Source of the DNA: Bigelowiella natans CCMP2755
Lineage: Eukaryota > Protista > Cercozoa
NCBI GenBank assembly: GCA_000320545.1
Contig: ADNK01002375.1
Coordinates: 5,914-69,913, forward strand
Direction of reading: 5' to 3'
DNA: 64,000 nucleotides
Part shown: positions 23,968 through 37,567 of the stretch, piece by piece
Numbering within the stretch: position 1 is the stretch's first letter
How the letters are laid out: the number at the start of each line of letters is the position of its first letter
Translations under genes and position numbers: made by a program
The notes under the pieces: model-generated
Seen by the model: the letters and a program-made list of their open reading frames with translations, nothing else
Told to the model about the DNA's origin: nothing
Database searches by the model: none

Positions 23968-25200
23968 CTATCTCTTTTTTTGTTCCAAAGCTTTCGAGAA
24001 ACAAGAAGCCGCCTGCACAAATAATTTATATTTTACCAAATCTGTGGTTGAATTTATGACACCATTTACACATTCAAAGTTCACCATTTCGTCCGTTGCA
24101 TATCTATCACTGCCAACTTTTTGATCATCCTAAAAAAATGTTTCGCATAGGAAAGCTGGTCACATTACAACATCAACTATAGCTTTGAAACCAATTGTAG
24201 CTGTCTGACCGGGTATGTGATGTCGGCGAATATGTTTCCCTCTGAATCTATTTTTGTTTGGAAGCATCTCTGTGATACTCTCTGCATCAAGTATATGGAT
24301 TTTAATTAGGAGAAGAAAATTTACATTTTCGAGTAGAATAAAGGAAATCGTATGCGGTAAATCGAAATCATGGGTGGATTGGTGTGTTGTTTTATGCCTT
24401 TCCAGGTGCCCAGGCTTTCACCCTCTTCACTTTTCCGTTGGAATCAAATTCAACTCCCTATTAGTGTTAATGAAACAATCATTATTTCGTTCAACGATAG
24501 TTGTAATACCACAACCTTTGAGTATTTCTTCCCAGTTTTCAACGAAATAGGGTGGCTATGCCATGGGCACTTGATGCACGGGTCTTAAATTTATCCAAAT
24601 TAAAAGAGTGAACTTTCTTATTGGAAAGGACGGAATGTGTCATTAAATTGAGTATCACCTCCCGGAACAAGCTCTTCAATATCACCTAGTGTAAGAGGCC
24701 CCCCCGTATGGTAGCAAATACCTGGTGTAAATTTAAATATACCATTAGCTCAATTTAAATATGCGTTACAAGTTGAACCTACTATCTAGGCAGTAGATTT
24801 CCTCCTTGTGGCGTAGAAGACTTACTCTCCTCCCCCCAACTTTAAGATGTAGCCTATTTGAATACAGGAGTATGAATAAATCACGAAACAGTATCTCCGA
24901 GTATCAAACCTGTTTTCTTTTTGTAGATCTTTGAGCGTGGCGACCTTGACAAAGTTATCCTCTTTTCCACGAGCATTCTTCGGAATGCTGCTAGAAGAAC
25001 CATAACTTGCCATCATGCTCGCGTCCCTCTCTCGCCCCGAGGAAGTTGCACAGTTGGCTGATCCGGGACGTCTTCGTCGTCTTCCTCGTCTCCGTCTTGT
25101 GAGGGGCAAACGACAACAACAATACAACAATTTTGCCCACCATTTCGTAGGAGAGAACCTTTTGGTATAAACCATCTTAAAAATCTGTCTCACTGTCATT
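23968..25200 (-). CDS. Rieske [2Fe-2S] domain protein (RFESD-like)
   Basis: Exons give IYCLDS|ICYHTGGPLTLGDIEEL..|PCIKCPWHSHPISLKTG and a C-terminal SDRYA. The Rieske CxH and CxxH ligands are present. The start is uncertain. Confidence 0.85.
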
Positions 25201-25406
25201 CCAATTACAACAACAACAACAACAACCGTAACAATCATGATGATGAAACTGATCAAAACTGCTCATTTAATCCTTTCCCACCTCTCCCCTTCATAAATCC
25301 AAACGCCAGTCTTCTTTTCGGTGAGGTGCCTTTTTTACGGAAATTGCTATCAATGCTTTTGCTGAAGTGATCAAAATACGACATCAGACTATAAGTTGCA
25401 AGCAAA

Positions 25407-27287
25407 ATGAAACTCACTCGGATTATGGGTCAAAAACAAACAACAATTGGGCAAATGGGCACATTTAATAACATAGAACGAAATCATATGCAATGTTTCC
25501 CTGAAGTAGACTTTTTGTGGGACTAATTTTTATGCTCTTAGTTTGTGGACGCACGCGGCAGGACAACTTGAAAAATGTAGATGAATTTAAAATGGAATTC
25601 TTTGATGGTTATGCTTCACAACGCTGACTTCTGCTTAGGTTAAGACTCTAAACTACTGGGGGGCAAATCTTCAGAATGTAAGAGCTGTATCCTTTATATG
25701 TTTATAACGGGATAATAGTTCTCTTAACGAAAGGTTGACCTGATTAAAGATATGCCAAACGTGGAGGTGCTATCCCTCAGGTGAAACCCATTACAATCGA
25801 GATTTTGAATACACATTTTGGACAAACGTGCGCAGCTTTTTTTTCGACATAAAGTTAACGTTGCTGTCTTCTCCCCCTTTACAATGTGATTAAACGTATT
25901 TTCCTGCAACAGTGTAAACAGAATCGATAGTCTGGAAGCGTTCAGTAATTGCAAACGGCTCCGAGAACTATACCTAAGGCAGAACAACATCCAGCATCTC
26001 GGTGTGTAAGCACGTGCGCACTAGAAAACAAAGCTAGACTTGTGTAAACCAAAGATGTTATTCATGCTCGCATTCTGAGTGCCGTTGTATTGTTGTTACT
26101 AGATGAAATAAAGTATCTAGAAGGTCTCCCACTCGAAGTATTGTGGTTGACCGGAAATCCCTGTGCGGAAAATCCTGACTATCGGTGCTACGGCAGCTAA
26201 TGCAGCACCTTTTTGCAGTCTTCTCTATATTTTTCGCTTTTTCTACGCTCTCTAATCACAAAAGCGTAACACTTACGTGTTCAGAAAAATATTAGACTTT
26301 GCTGAACTCGTCTGAAATTAAATATTGATCTACAAAGACGGTTCATTATCTCGCGACTACCAAATTTGAAAAAACTGGATAACGATGAGGTGGCTTCGAT
26401 TCCAGTCGACAGGCCTCACTCTCAAACAGAACGACGCACCTCAACAAAACCTCCTAGATTAATACAACCCAGAGAAACGACGCAGGCATGACATACTTCC
26501 TTTTACGATTTTTTTCGCTTTACTAATGCTGGTCAGTAGATATATCCTGTTCATTTAGAAACACAACATTGAGTATTCATCTTAAAATTCCCATACCAGA
26601 GGCCCAAGGTATCACCGGGAAAGTTCCGTCCTCGAGAGGGGGCATTCCAGAATGCCGATTGGGGAGAGGAAATATCTCTTAGCAGTGCGCGTCAGCAACG
26701 TCAATCCTTCCAAGCGTAAATTTCTCTCCAACTCTTTAGTAATCATTCTGATCCCTTATGTATTTTTAACCCGCATGATGTGTCACAGCGAAGCACATTC
26801 AGAAGATTTTAAGATTGAGGTATCGAGCTATGTTGCTTTGGATCCTCGTATAATTTAGGATACGAATGTGATATACTTTCCCAGAATTTTCGTGATTCTA
26901 CGCGTCCTGGGCAAAAAAAACCATCGGATAGAGGTAGACGATCTGATCGGCCGGAGCAGAAAAAGAAAGATCAACCGAGAGTATTTACGTCAAGACAGGC
27001 TCCCTCGAAGGGCAATCACGGTGGAGCAATTACCATTTCCATTCAGGACAAGTCATAGCTATGTTTATGTTTTACTTTCGTCTATTATTTGTGCAGGGTC
27101 TAGGGAGATGCAACACAATATTTTGTCAGCTTGTTTCTCTCTAATTGAGGTAATATTTTTACATTAAAAAATGCTAGAATGTGACACCTTCTTGTTTAAG
27201 ACATTGGACGATGCCAGCTTACTATGGCTAAGAAAAGAAATCGACGCAAAGTTAAGCAAAAATAGAATGGCAAAGTTATCCCAGTAG
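25407..27287 (+). CDS. CFAP410: Cilia- and flagella-associated LRR protein 410 (C21orf2)
   Basis: MKLTRIMV..VKTLNYWG..MPNVEVLSLSVNRIDSL..CKRLRELYLRQNNI..VLWLTGNPC..LPNLKKLDN, plus the conserved C-terminal helix NILSACFSLIETLD. Confidence 0.9.
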
Positions 27288-27912
27288 AATATAAGTAATT
27301 GCAAAATCTAGAGTAATCATTCAAAGTAATTGCAAAATCTTGAGATGGTCATCAATTTTATTACACAATTGGGAGGCTTCAACTCATAGTTCCATAATTT
27401 TTATAGCCTCCAAACCACATGAACACCACGACATTGGTGAAACAAATTAATACAAACGAGCCCGATCCACTGATTAGACTCAAATGACCCATCTTGAGTA
27501 TTGTTTGTCGCTTGCTTAAGCTGCGCCAGTGGCCCGCCAGTACGCAAGTGATCCAGGCTCATACGCTATGTTATCCTGGGTTTCATTTGCAGTGAGCGCA
27601 GTACACATGAAGTTGTTCGCATGATGCAGTTTTTCAGAATTCTCTGTATAAGCCTCGCCCCCTGCAGTGGCATCTATCTAAGATATAACGCGCTAGCGCT
27701 GCACTCTATTCGTTGCATTAATGCGCTCCAGGCACAGTACGTTGCAGCATCCACATTCATGCAGGATCTTCATTTCAATGGTGAGAGGTTCATAGGATGA
27801 ACACATAGCGCGAACTATTCTATCAGTTTAAAGTATCCATGCCATGACAGCCATCTTACTGCAGTGTCTACTTTTGAAACTCATATGAATGCGTATCGTA
27901 CTAGCTCAATAC

Positions 27913-28398
27913 TTAATTCTTGATGCTCTCAAGAGCAGATAAGAGCTTTAGGAGTACATCACCATGACAATCAAGCGGTTTACACCAGCAACCTAATATC
28001 TTGCCTTTCAATTCTCCGATATCTTTCATTAATGGTCCTTGTCCTCTCTTTTTTTTTGTGCATGGATTCACACCAGATATAATCCATTCCTCGTACAATT
28101 GTAAGCTCCTTTTCCTTCCATGTTTTTTCACAGAGAAAGGATTGTGCCATTTCGAATGAGATGCTCCTTCAACGAATCTCACAGATCGGCCTTTAATAAT
28201 CAGTACATTTACTCAAAATATCGATACTAGTAATTAAAGCTAAATACCAATGTAGACATGGGAAGGGTCTTCAGTCCATTGTTTTAGATCTTGGTAGTGC
28301 ATTGAATTTAGATTCTTTTTTCTCACACAAATGCACATCCCCTCCCCTTTAAGGTCGACCGAATTCGTGCTCTCTGCATTTCCAGCTGGAGCACTCAT
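27913..28398 (-). CDS. DUF4326 family protein (two exons)
   Basis: HVYIG|R..SKWHNPF..ELKGKILGCWCKPLDCHGDVL is the DUF4326 signature. One short intron at ~28192-28247. Confidence 0.9.
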
Positions 28399-28774
28399 AC
28401 GAGTACGAGTAGTCGGTTTGAGCAATGAGCAAAAAGGGCAAAAACCTCGGAAGGAGAAGGAGCATGCAAAATCAACGAGCAATTTCTGTACAGCGACTTA
28501 CACCATTTCATGTCGCACTGTAAACCTCGATGCTCTATTCTTTTCTCCTCTCCAGACGAGGCGATTACGTGGTAGCGTCTGAGCGGTCGATGTTGGATAC
28601 CTGCGGGGGTTTTCAGTGAGCGACAAAGAAATTAGTTGAAATTAATTATTCGTGGAAACTATTATCACCGCAGAACGACGAAGGGTGACCACACCACCAC
28701 GCCGACTGACAAGGAGAGGAGAGAGTACAACCTTCCCCTGACGACGGGAACCCCATCCCGTCCGATCCGATACG

Positions 28775-30150
28775 ATGATATGTTCTTTCGTGATACTATT
28801 ACTATGTGTTGGATTCGAGGGATCTACAGGTAATGCAGTTAGATTTACAGCTCGTATAGTTTGTTGGAGACGACGTGCCAAATACCTTAATTCTCAGGTT
28901 TTGTTCGAGTCAACCCAAGGGCTCAGAAGTGGCAAGGAAGGTTTATAACTCCGTTGTAGAGTATGATCATATTAGTTCGAATGGACGTAATAAAATAGTT
29001 AATTTCCGACACTGTTGTCCTCTTCCAGGGCCGGTAGTCCAGCTGTGCAGCTGAGCACATGGAACCAAGGGACGAACAAGCTCAACAATGGCGGCTCCTC
29101 CCACCGCGTGACTCGGACCAGTCATCCTCGATTGACTAGTGGTGGTCTGAATGGTGGTAGCAGGATGAGAACGATGCACCAAGTAATGGACACGTCAATG
29201 TCAACTCAAGAGTTGCCTCCGCGACGTCGACGATATCAAGCCTCATCGGTCTCCAGATGGCCACGATAGTGAGTACAAAACTCATCACCTCACCTCTAGT
29301 AATAGCCTAATTGACTACCAAATAAACTCACAAACAAAAATCTTTGAATTCTGCATGTTCAGCAGTCTAACAAATTCTGTGGATTCTGCCCGAAGATCGC
29401 TGAGGAATATTCGAGACAGCGGAGCTATATTTCGTGGTGTGAGCGCAAATGTTGCTACTACAGCAGCACAGCAACAGAAAACAGCGAGCGGGGATGAAAT
29501 GCCACTTGGGCAAATGATGAGAGCCCTGTGGAAGGAGTTCTGGCCGAAGAATGTGATACTGCAGTTAAGAGTGTACATGGCCCTTGCGCTCCTAGTCGCT
29601 GCAAAGGTGGGGGTGTTGAAGTAAAGCACTGAGTATGCACTTCACAGTAAGACTATGTCGTCTTCACTCCGTCGTGTACTTATGTCGTCATGAATTTCAC
29701 CATGCTTTGCCCTTCTACCCCCCCCCCCCTTTTTGTGCAAACGCATTAACTACTCTTGATGACCACAGGTGCTCAACGTCCAAGTGCCTGTGATTTTCAA
29801 GAACACAATTGATGCTTTGGGGAAGGCAGCTGGTAAAAACCGATGTTGAAAGTAGTAGCCGCTACCTCCTATTGTTATAACGTCAGGATATGCCTAATTT
29901 TGTCCCTCTAAACACCGTCGTAAAACCAAATTCCGTCATCGAGCAGGCGGTATAGCTGTAACAGACGCAATAGCTGCGGTGCCATTGACCCTCCTTGTGA
30001 GCTATGGTAAAAGAATAGAATGAAGGGAAGGGCAGATAATTATTCATATGATCCTTCGTAACGAGAGTTTTAACCATGAAGTTCACAAATCCTAATGTCA
30101 GAAACAATTGCACATATGAATTTATACACCGCACTCTATCTCACTCTCTC

Positions 30151-30228
<78 letters not shown>

Positions 30229-31147
30229 TATGACAGAAATTTTCACTGTGCACAGGTATTGTTCGGATTGCAGCAACCGCTTTTAATGAGCTACGATCGA
30301 TTCTCTTCGCAAGGGTGCATGTAACATATTATTTGCTAGCAGCAAAACCGTACTAAGCTTCTCTCTTTTCTTTTCCCCTTCCTTAATGGCGGCTCTCTGT
30401 CCTAACTAACTACGCACAGGTATGTCAAACTGGCGTACGTAGCATATCACAAACGACTTTGGACAAGCTGCTAGGAATGGACTATTCTTTCCACATCAAC
30501 CGGCAATCAGGAGGTGTGTGACACTCCTGACAGCACATATTGTCCTTTTAACAACATCATCAATGATGTGATTTCGTGCTGAGAATTAGTCCATCTTCTT
30601 TTTCACATTCTCTTACGTATTGTTGCTCTTTTTTTCGTCTTCTCCTCCTCCTCCTCCTCCTCCTCCTCGTTCTCCATCTATGTTATATTATCGTTGCTCG
30701 ATTAGCTCTTTCAAAGGCTATCGATCGTGGCCATAGGTATTCAAACCGTATTATGTGACAAGGTGTTTTCACGGTGGTAGTGGTGGCCACTGCAAGAACG
30801 ACAAACTAAATAAAACACTAAATAGGGTGTGCTACCTCTGAGCAAATTTTATACAATACATAGTTACGTATCTGCCCATCCATTTACACACACGCGCGCG
30901 GGGGGGCGCACGCACGCAAATCGAATAGCCTTGCCTGAGTTACAGCGTCTGCATTACACCTTCAAAACCTCATTTGAGTGCTTTTGTCTTTGAATAAAAA
31001 CCGGTAAAACTTGTTTCTAGATCGATCGATTTTGCACTTCGAGCACTCACATTCACGATCTTGCCTACGATTTTGGAGGGATTCTTGGTTGGAAAACTCC
31101 TACTTGAGGTAACTGTGAGAAAAATGTTATGAAAGCAATTATAGACA

Positions 31148-31188
<41 letters not shown>

Positions 31189-31203
31189 TTCTCGACATAC
31201 GCA

Positions 31204-31236
<33 letters not shown>

Positions 31237-32223
31237 CTATAGAAATGCGGATTGACGTTTATGGCGGTCACATTCCTAACGATGGGTTCGTATCTGGTAA
31301 TGATTGATGGTGATTCGATGATGATAATGGCGATGATGGAAAGACTCAGAAATGACGATGATGGCGCCAAAGACAAAACAATACGAACAATATGCCATAA
31401 CATTAGAACCTTCTAATTTCCCTTATTTTTGAGAAGAAGACGATAGAACAGTAAAAGAAGCACAACATGTTCAATTTTCGGGATCACTATTCCTTCTTGC
31501 AACCCAAAGCGAATCGTCGCTTCGGCAACCCCCGTTATCCGCATCTTATCGACGTAACACCCATTATTATTCTGCCCAGGTGTACACAATTGTACTGACG
31601 CAATGGCGTACAAAGTTTTACAAACAGTAAGCAGATTATAAGCAGCAACATACATCATGAAAATGAGAGAGCGATGACGAACACTTAGTTAGCTGCGCTA
31701 CACACCCAGCATCCAAGCCCCCCTTCCCCCCCCCCCCCTTGACCTCGCAATGCCGTGACATACTACCACCCCTTACAGAGCAAATGAGCTCGAGAATAAG
31801 GCCTCATCTGCAGCGCTGGATAGTCTGTTAAACTTTGAAACGGTTGAGCTACTGCTGCTACTTAACAATTGTCTTTGTCGTAGAAGTGGGGGAGTGTTTG
31901 TGTGTTTGAAACATTGATTTACTAACAGTAGTATGACTGAGAAGTAGTTGCAGCTCGATCTTAGACGCGCCGGCGCTCTAACTCATGTGTTTCCGTCTAT
32001 TGTTATATCGTTATATCCTTATCATCTTCACGCTTTCTCTGTCTGCTGCTTCGCACTTTTTTCGTCTCTGCCTGCTCCTCCAACTATTACTACTGCTACT
32101 GCTCCTATTGCATTAGGTCAAATATTTTGGCAATGAGAAGTTGGAACTCACTCGATACGAGAAAATACTCAAGGTATTAACTTGGGATCAGTGAAGTATT
32201 CGTTCTGGTTGAGGTGCAAGGGA

Positions 32224-32283
<60 letters not shown>

Positions 32284-32336
32284 TGTGTGTTTCGCCTTTA
32301 TCCTGTCCTTCAGCCCCTTCCCCCCCCACCCCCCCT

Positions 32337-32380
<44 letters not shown>

Positions 32381-32557
32381 ACACACACACACACACACAC
32401 ACTGTATACCTATATATTTATGTTATGAAGGAGCACCAGGAGGCGTATTTAAAATCTGTTCGCAGTCTTAGTCTTTTGAACTTCGGGCAGTCGCTTATCT
32501 TCTCAGCCGGTACTAGTAGTAGTAGTAGTAGTAGAAATTCAGTGATCATTGATTTTT

Positions 32558-32594
<37 letters not shown>

Positions 32595-33764
32595 GCGGCG
32601 GGGGGGGGAGGGGATCTCACGATGATATCGGGTAAAGAGGTCGCTACAACTGAGAATTTTAATGATGTTTCAATCAAATGCATCATGGATAGTATATGCA
32701 TTTGAGTATTGTCATCATTGTCGTTATTGTCGTCGTGTATTACTCTGGCGCTCCCTCTCATCTACAGCATGATATGGTGCTTTTCCATAGGTTTAACTGT
32801 GGCTCTCTCGATGTCTGCGCGTGCTATTCTTGCCGGAACTTCTACACTGGGAGATATTGTCATGATTCAAACACTGCTCCTCCAGCTGTCTCTGCCCCTC
32901 GCCTGGCTTGGGTAGATAGAAAGGGGGGAAAGAAGAAGAAGAAGGAGGAGGAGGAGGGGGAGGAGGAGCAAAATAGTAGTGATAACAAGTACTGCATTAC
33001 TGCTTTCGCTTCTCCTGATTGCGTGGGGATTGGTACGATGGCGTATAACGCAAAGATATTTAATAAAGTCTCTGATCTCTCAACCTGACAACTATTCCCT
33101 TGAACAGATCTCTCTACCGTGAGCTCCGCCAAGCTAATGTAGATATGGCAACGATATTCAACCTCAGAAACACGCGACGGTACTGTCCACGATATGAGCG
33201 GCATGTGTTTTCGCAGCGATCGACCAGGATGAGAATGTTGTATGTGTGGTTGGAGAGTGAAATCATGGAATTCGCCAAATATGAGTACTCGACTTCATCA
33301 CTTCTCTCACTACTACCTATCAACGAACCAGCGACGTGGTGGATGCGGAAAAGTCTCCACCGTTGGAGGTAGTTGAAGAGATATGAGCCGTGTGCGCTGA
33401 ATATAGCTGGACTGTGCAGCACAGTATACGATGATGCCAAAGGGACCAATCAATCAATCGTCGCCCGTTGTCCTTCTTTTGCCAAAGTTTCCTTTCGTTG
33501 GTAGACATTAGTAGTGGTTGGGGAGCATTCCAACTTACCAATAACAGCCAATGCGCCCCTGAATGATTGCAGGGGCAAGAAGAAGAAAAAGAACCCCCGC
33601 TTCTCTCCATTAATGTTCCTTTGACACACTTTGGTTTCTATGCAGGTTACAAAGGGAAGGATAGAGTACCAGAATGTTCATTTTGGCTACAATGTAACAA
33701 GGAAAATTCTAGACGGGGTGAGTGCAAAATGCAAGAAAAGAAAAGGAGAGAGGGAGGGGGGGGA

Positions 33765-33810
<46 letters not shown>

Positions 33811-35767
33811 CGCATGTGTGGTTTATGGTGCGTATTTACGGAAATTTCTGAACACAAGTAACAATGATATTCATACGATTGTCGGTCCTCTTTTCGTAAC
33901 ATGTGTATTGGAGAGCATAAGTTGCTACTACTGCTACTTTTACCCGCTATCCTTCGATGACATAATACCTTATGTGGTGATCACACAAAGGTGAACCTTA
34001 ACATTCCTGGGGGGTCCAAGGTAGTTGAACACCACGCATATCACTAACAAGGAGAGAGTGGAGGGGGGAGGGGGTTCTGTAACGAATGCAAGTATTTCCT
34101 CCCCATCTCTCCTTCGCATCGCTGTAGTAGTAGTAGTAGTAGTTGTTGTTGTTGTTGTTCTTAGTGCTGTCGTCTTCATCTCTTTTTGCGTCATTATCAT
34201 CATGAAAACAGGTGGCATTCGTGGGCAGTACAGGGTGCGGCAAGAGCTCAAGCCTACGACTTTTATTCCGATTTTACGACCCATGGGAAGGTAGAAACTA
34301 ACGATGGCAACTGCTGGGAACATCATCGATCATCATCGTGTTGCGTTCTTACGACCTTGCTGCTGCTGCTATTTTAGGAAAGGTGTTTATAGACGGGCAG
34401 GACATAGCTCAGGTTTCTCTCGAGAGCTTGCGCAAAAGTGTAGGCGTTGTGCCTCAAGACGTGGTAGTTGTCGGCGGGGATTAGATAGCTACGAATGAAA
34501 GAACAACTCCATAACGTTTTTCCGTCGAGGAATCTCAGAAGGGAAGATGATCAATAAAGGACATCGCATGCTCTCTGATCTTGCGTACAGGGAATTGACT
34601 CGTGTCCCTCCCTTATACTCTCTCGTAGGTCTTATTCAACGATGATATAATGTACAATATCAAGTACGGTTGCCCTGACGCTACAGATGAGGAGGCAATA
34701 AAAGCTGCAAAGTCGGCCAAAATCCACGACGCCATAATGCGTATGCCTGACGGTGATATGAAGCAACGATGACTTTTGTCCGCATGTTTTTCATTGATGC
34801 TTTACCGGGCACGAACTTATTATCCAAAAGATGAAAAGAAGAAAAGGAAGGAGGAGGAGAAGAAGAAGAAGAAGAAGAAGAAGAAGAGAGAGGGGAAGAA
34901 CATGTGAGACACTATCTAATGTCGGTGTGACAATAGATTCCCCATCGTCGCTACAGATTTTTTAGCAATTCTAATAGAAGGAAAAACCGTGCTATCACCG
35001 CCATTGCTGTTGAGGTGATCTTTGAATCACATACACCATTACGTTGTTAACGCCAGGATACAAAACAATCGTCGGTGAGCGTGGTCTCAAGCTTTCAGGA
35101 GGTGGCTTGGAGAGGCTGTTTGTGCAATTGTGCATCGTTTTCTTCAGTGAATTTTTGGAAATATGGAAGAAATGGAGAATTCGGAGACGAAATCTTCCAA
35201 AACAATGTGTATATTCGGCTGCACATGTGTTTCAATATATATTTCTTGTGTGTGAGTTTGTGTCACATCTCTCTCTCTCTCTCTCTCCCCTCTCACCCTG
35301 ATTCCCATCGTGTAGGTGAGAAGCAACGGCTGGCAATTGCACGTTTATTACTAAAGAAGCCAAAAATTGTGGTGTTTGACGAAGCCACAAGTTCATTGGA
35401 TATGCAAACTGAGCGAGAAATCATGGCAAGTTTGGACGAAGTCACGAAAGGCTGCACCACTGTTATGGTACTAAAGGATACAGTAATTATTAATGCACGA
35501 GGGGAATAAGCCAGCCTATGGTCAAATAAACGATGGTGCCGCATTTTGATTTTTCTTCTTTCCCGAAAGGTTGCGCATCGACTAGAGACTGTGAAAGATG
35601 CAGATGTGATTTTCGTCTTTGAAGATGGAAGGATAGAGCAAGCGGGTAGCCACACGGAATTGATACAGCAAGGTAAGGGGCTGTATTCCAGAATGTGGGC
35701 AGCACAAACACAACAGGAGGCAATGCCCTCTTCACCAACTTCACCAACAACACCTGCGCTGACATGA
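28775..35767 (+). CDS. ABCB7: ABCB7/ATM1-like half ABC transporter with N-terminal signal peptide plus Ser/Arg-rich extension
   Basis: LLVAAK|[40 protein letters not shown]|[20 protein letters not shown]; Walker A GSTGCGKS; [11 protein letters not shown]|EKQRLAIAR; Walker [12 protein letters not shown]; AHRLET. About 25 exons. The first exons are inferred. Confidence 0.9.
30137..30226. repeat. Compound (CT)n(CA)n microsatellite, representative of dozens of intronic SSRs (AG, AC, AT, CAT, TAG, GAG, CG)
   Basis: Directly visible. Similar arrays fill introns at about 29.7-35.3 kb, 43.5 kb, 47-50.6 kb and 52-59.8 kb. Confidence 0.95.
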
Positions 35768-36513
35768 TTTTCTGATCGAACAACTCGTCATAGCTAGGCC
35801 GGACATGCTCGATCAAGTTTGAATGTGAAGAGCATGTCAATCATTTGCAGAGCTGCATGTCGCACACGTGCTGCAATCTAGCAATGTGTAACACCGCATC
35901 AGCAGTTACGCTAGCGATGCAATCGAGCTGCAACAGGATCCATTTGTTTGCTGCACAGTAGCTGTCAATAATGGCTTACGTACAGCTGTGTGATCAAATG
36001 ATTTAATTACCACTTCGATCAGCATCGAACTATTCGAGATCATTATTCTAGCATTATTGCACGCACGTTGCTGATGACGTTCTCCCCCATACACACGCAC
36101 ACGCACACATATGCTAGCATGCTGCGTGCATTGATCACATCTAGACATGCGCCTTGTTGGCCAGCTCTGCTGCTGCACGTTTAGCACGTAAGTACAGGCA
36201 GATCTGGAGGCGCAGGGCACTCACCGATCGTGTGATTCGGCTGACATCGCCAGTGGTGCTGTGTGCTATCTTGGGCTCACGGACAAGATGGCCAGGCAAT
36301 ACAGCATGCGCACTACTAGACAAGTGTCATGCGCTACACCGGTGGTCGCCGCAGATGGAACCATCGGTTGGACCGGCACCAAGTGCACGTTCGAATCCTT
36401 GCCATCAATGCAATCATTGATGACAAATCCTAACATATTTCTCATGATTGGGACGTGGAGCAAGTGTGCTGGTGATATCCCGAGCTGCTCAGAAGAAAGT
36501 GCACAATACAGTC

Positions 36514-37390
36514 TCATTTATCTCCACTTTCCCTTTCCATAGCAGCAAGATGTTCACGGAGTTGATGTATTCTAAGAAACATAGGTATCCATAAAATATT
36601 TAAATTATGCTTAGGTACCCTTAGAGGCCAGAAAAAAAGTCAAAAAGTGAAACTAAGTAGCTTACAGCATGGAGAACTTATCCTTTGGGACGTAGCCAGG
36701 AAGAACCATACATTTCGTCTGCGCGGGAATTAATGTATCTCAAATGAAATATCTGGGTACATTTTGTGTGGACTACCTCAGTTAAATTGCATAAATATGA
36801 AGTAGGGAATCCTTGAGGGGAGGGCAAGTTGTCGTTCGGAGGCTTGAAATCTTTATCCTAGTATGTGCACGAGGGAATCTTCAATACACGAATATTTTGT
36901 CAAAGATTGTGATTACCTCCTCCTGCCAGAGAAATTTGATGTCGTCGCCCCACCCATCCTTAGAACAAATCTTTTAAGTTATTTAAGTACAACATAGATC
37001 TGGAAGTAACCACCTCGTTGAGTTCATTGAAAAACTTCCTACTGTATCCGCACCATCGCGCACCTATGCGCAGACAAGAATTAGTGGCTTTTGGCATGGT
37101 GCGCACAAATAAAAGAACTCGAATGGTTGTAGATCGATAATACCTAGAACCGTGATTTTAAGGCCTTTCCCCTTCTGGTCGGTTTGTTTATTAGAGGCGT
37201 CTCTTTCATCGTTGGCATAGGCACAGGCGCCAGACAGAGCAAACAAAGATGCACCCAGGACCCCCACACTATTCGTAGAACGCAAACTAAATCTCGGCGC
37301 GAGAGACGACGACGATGCCGAATGTTTTGATTTCCAGAAAGAACTCGAGATGCTTCTCCGCATGGCTTGTGACAGACGACGGACAGCCAT
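36514..37390 (-). CDS. Thioredoxin/glutaredoxin-like protein (WCGYS) with probable mitochondrial presequence (6 exons)
   Basis: The N-terminus is Arg/Ser-rich and acid-free. Then KITVL|GARWCGYSRKF, GFPT (cis-Pro loop), LPGYVPK and stop at 36514-36516. Confidence 0.75.
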
Positions 37391-37409
37391 CGGTTGATTT
37401 ACGGGTGCC

Positions 37410-37437
37410 GTTGTCGTCGTTGTCGTCGTCGTCGTCG

Positions 37438-37469
<32 letters not shown>

Positions 37470-37567
37470 GCTGCTGCTAGTTAGTTAGTTAGTTGACTTC
37501 CCAGCTACATTTTTCACCGAAGTTGTTGTTGTTGTTGTTGCTGCTGCGGAGGAGGAGGAGGAGGAGG
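37410..37567. repeat. Trinucleotide SSR cluster (GTC/GTT/GCT/GAG, AGTT) in a head-to-head spacer or 5' leader
   Basis: Directly visible runs. Confidence 0.9.
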
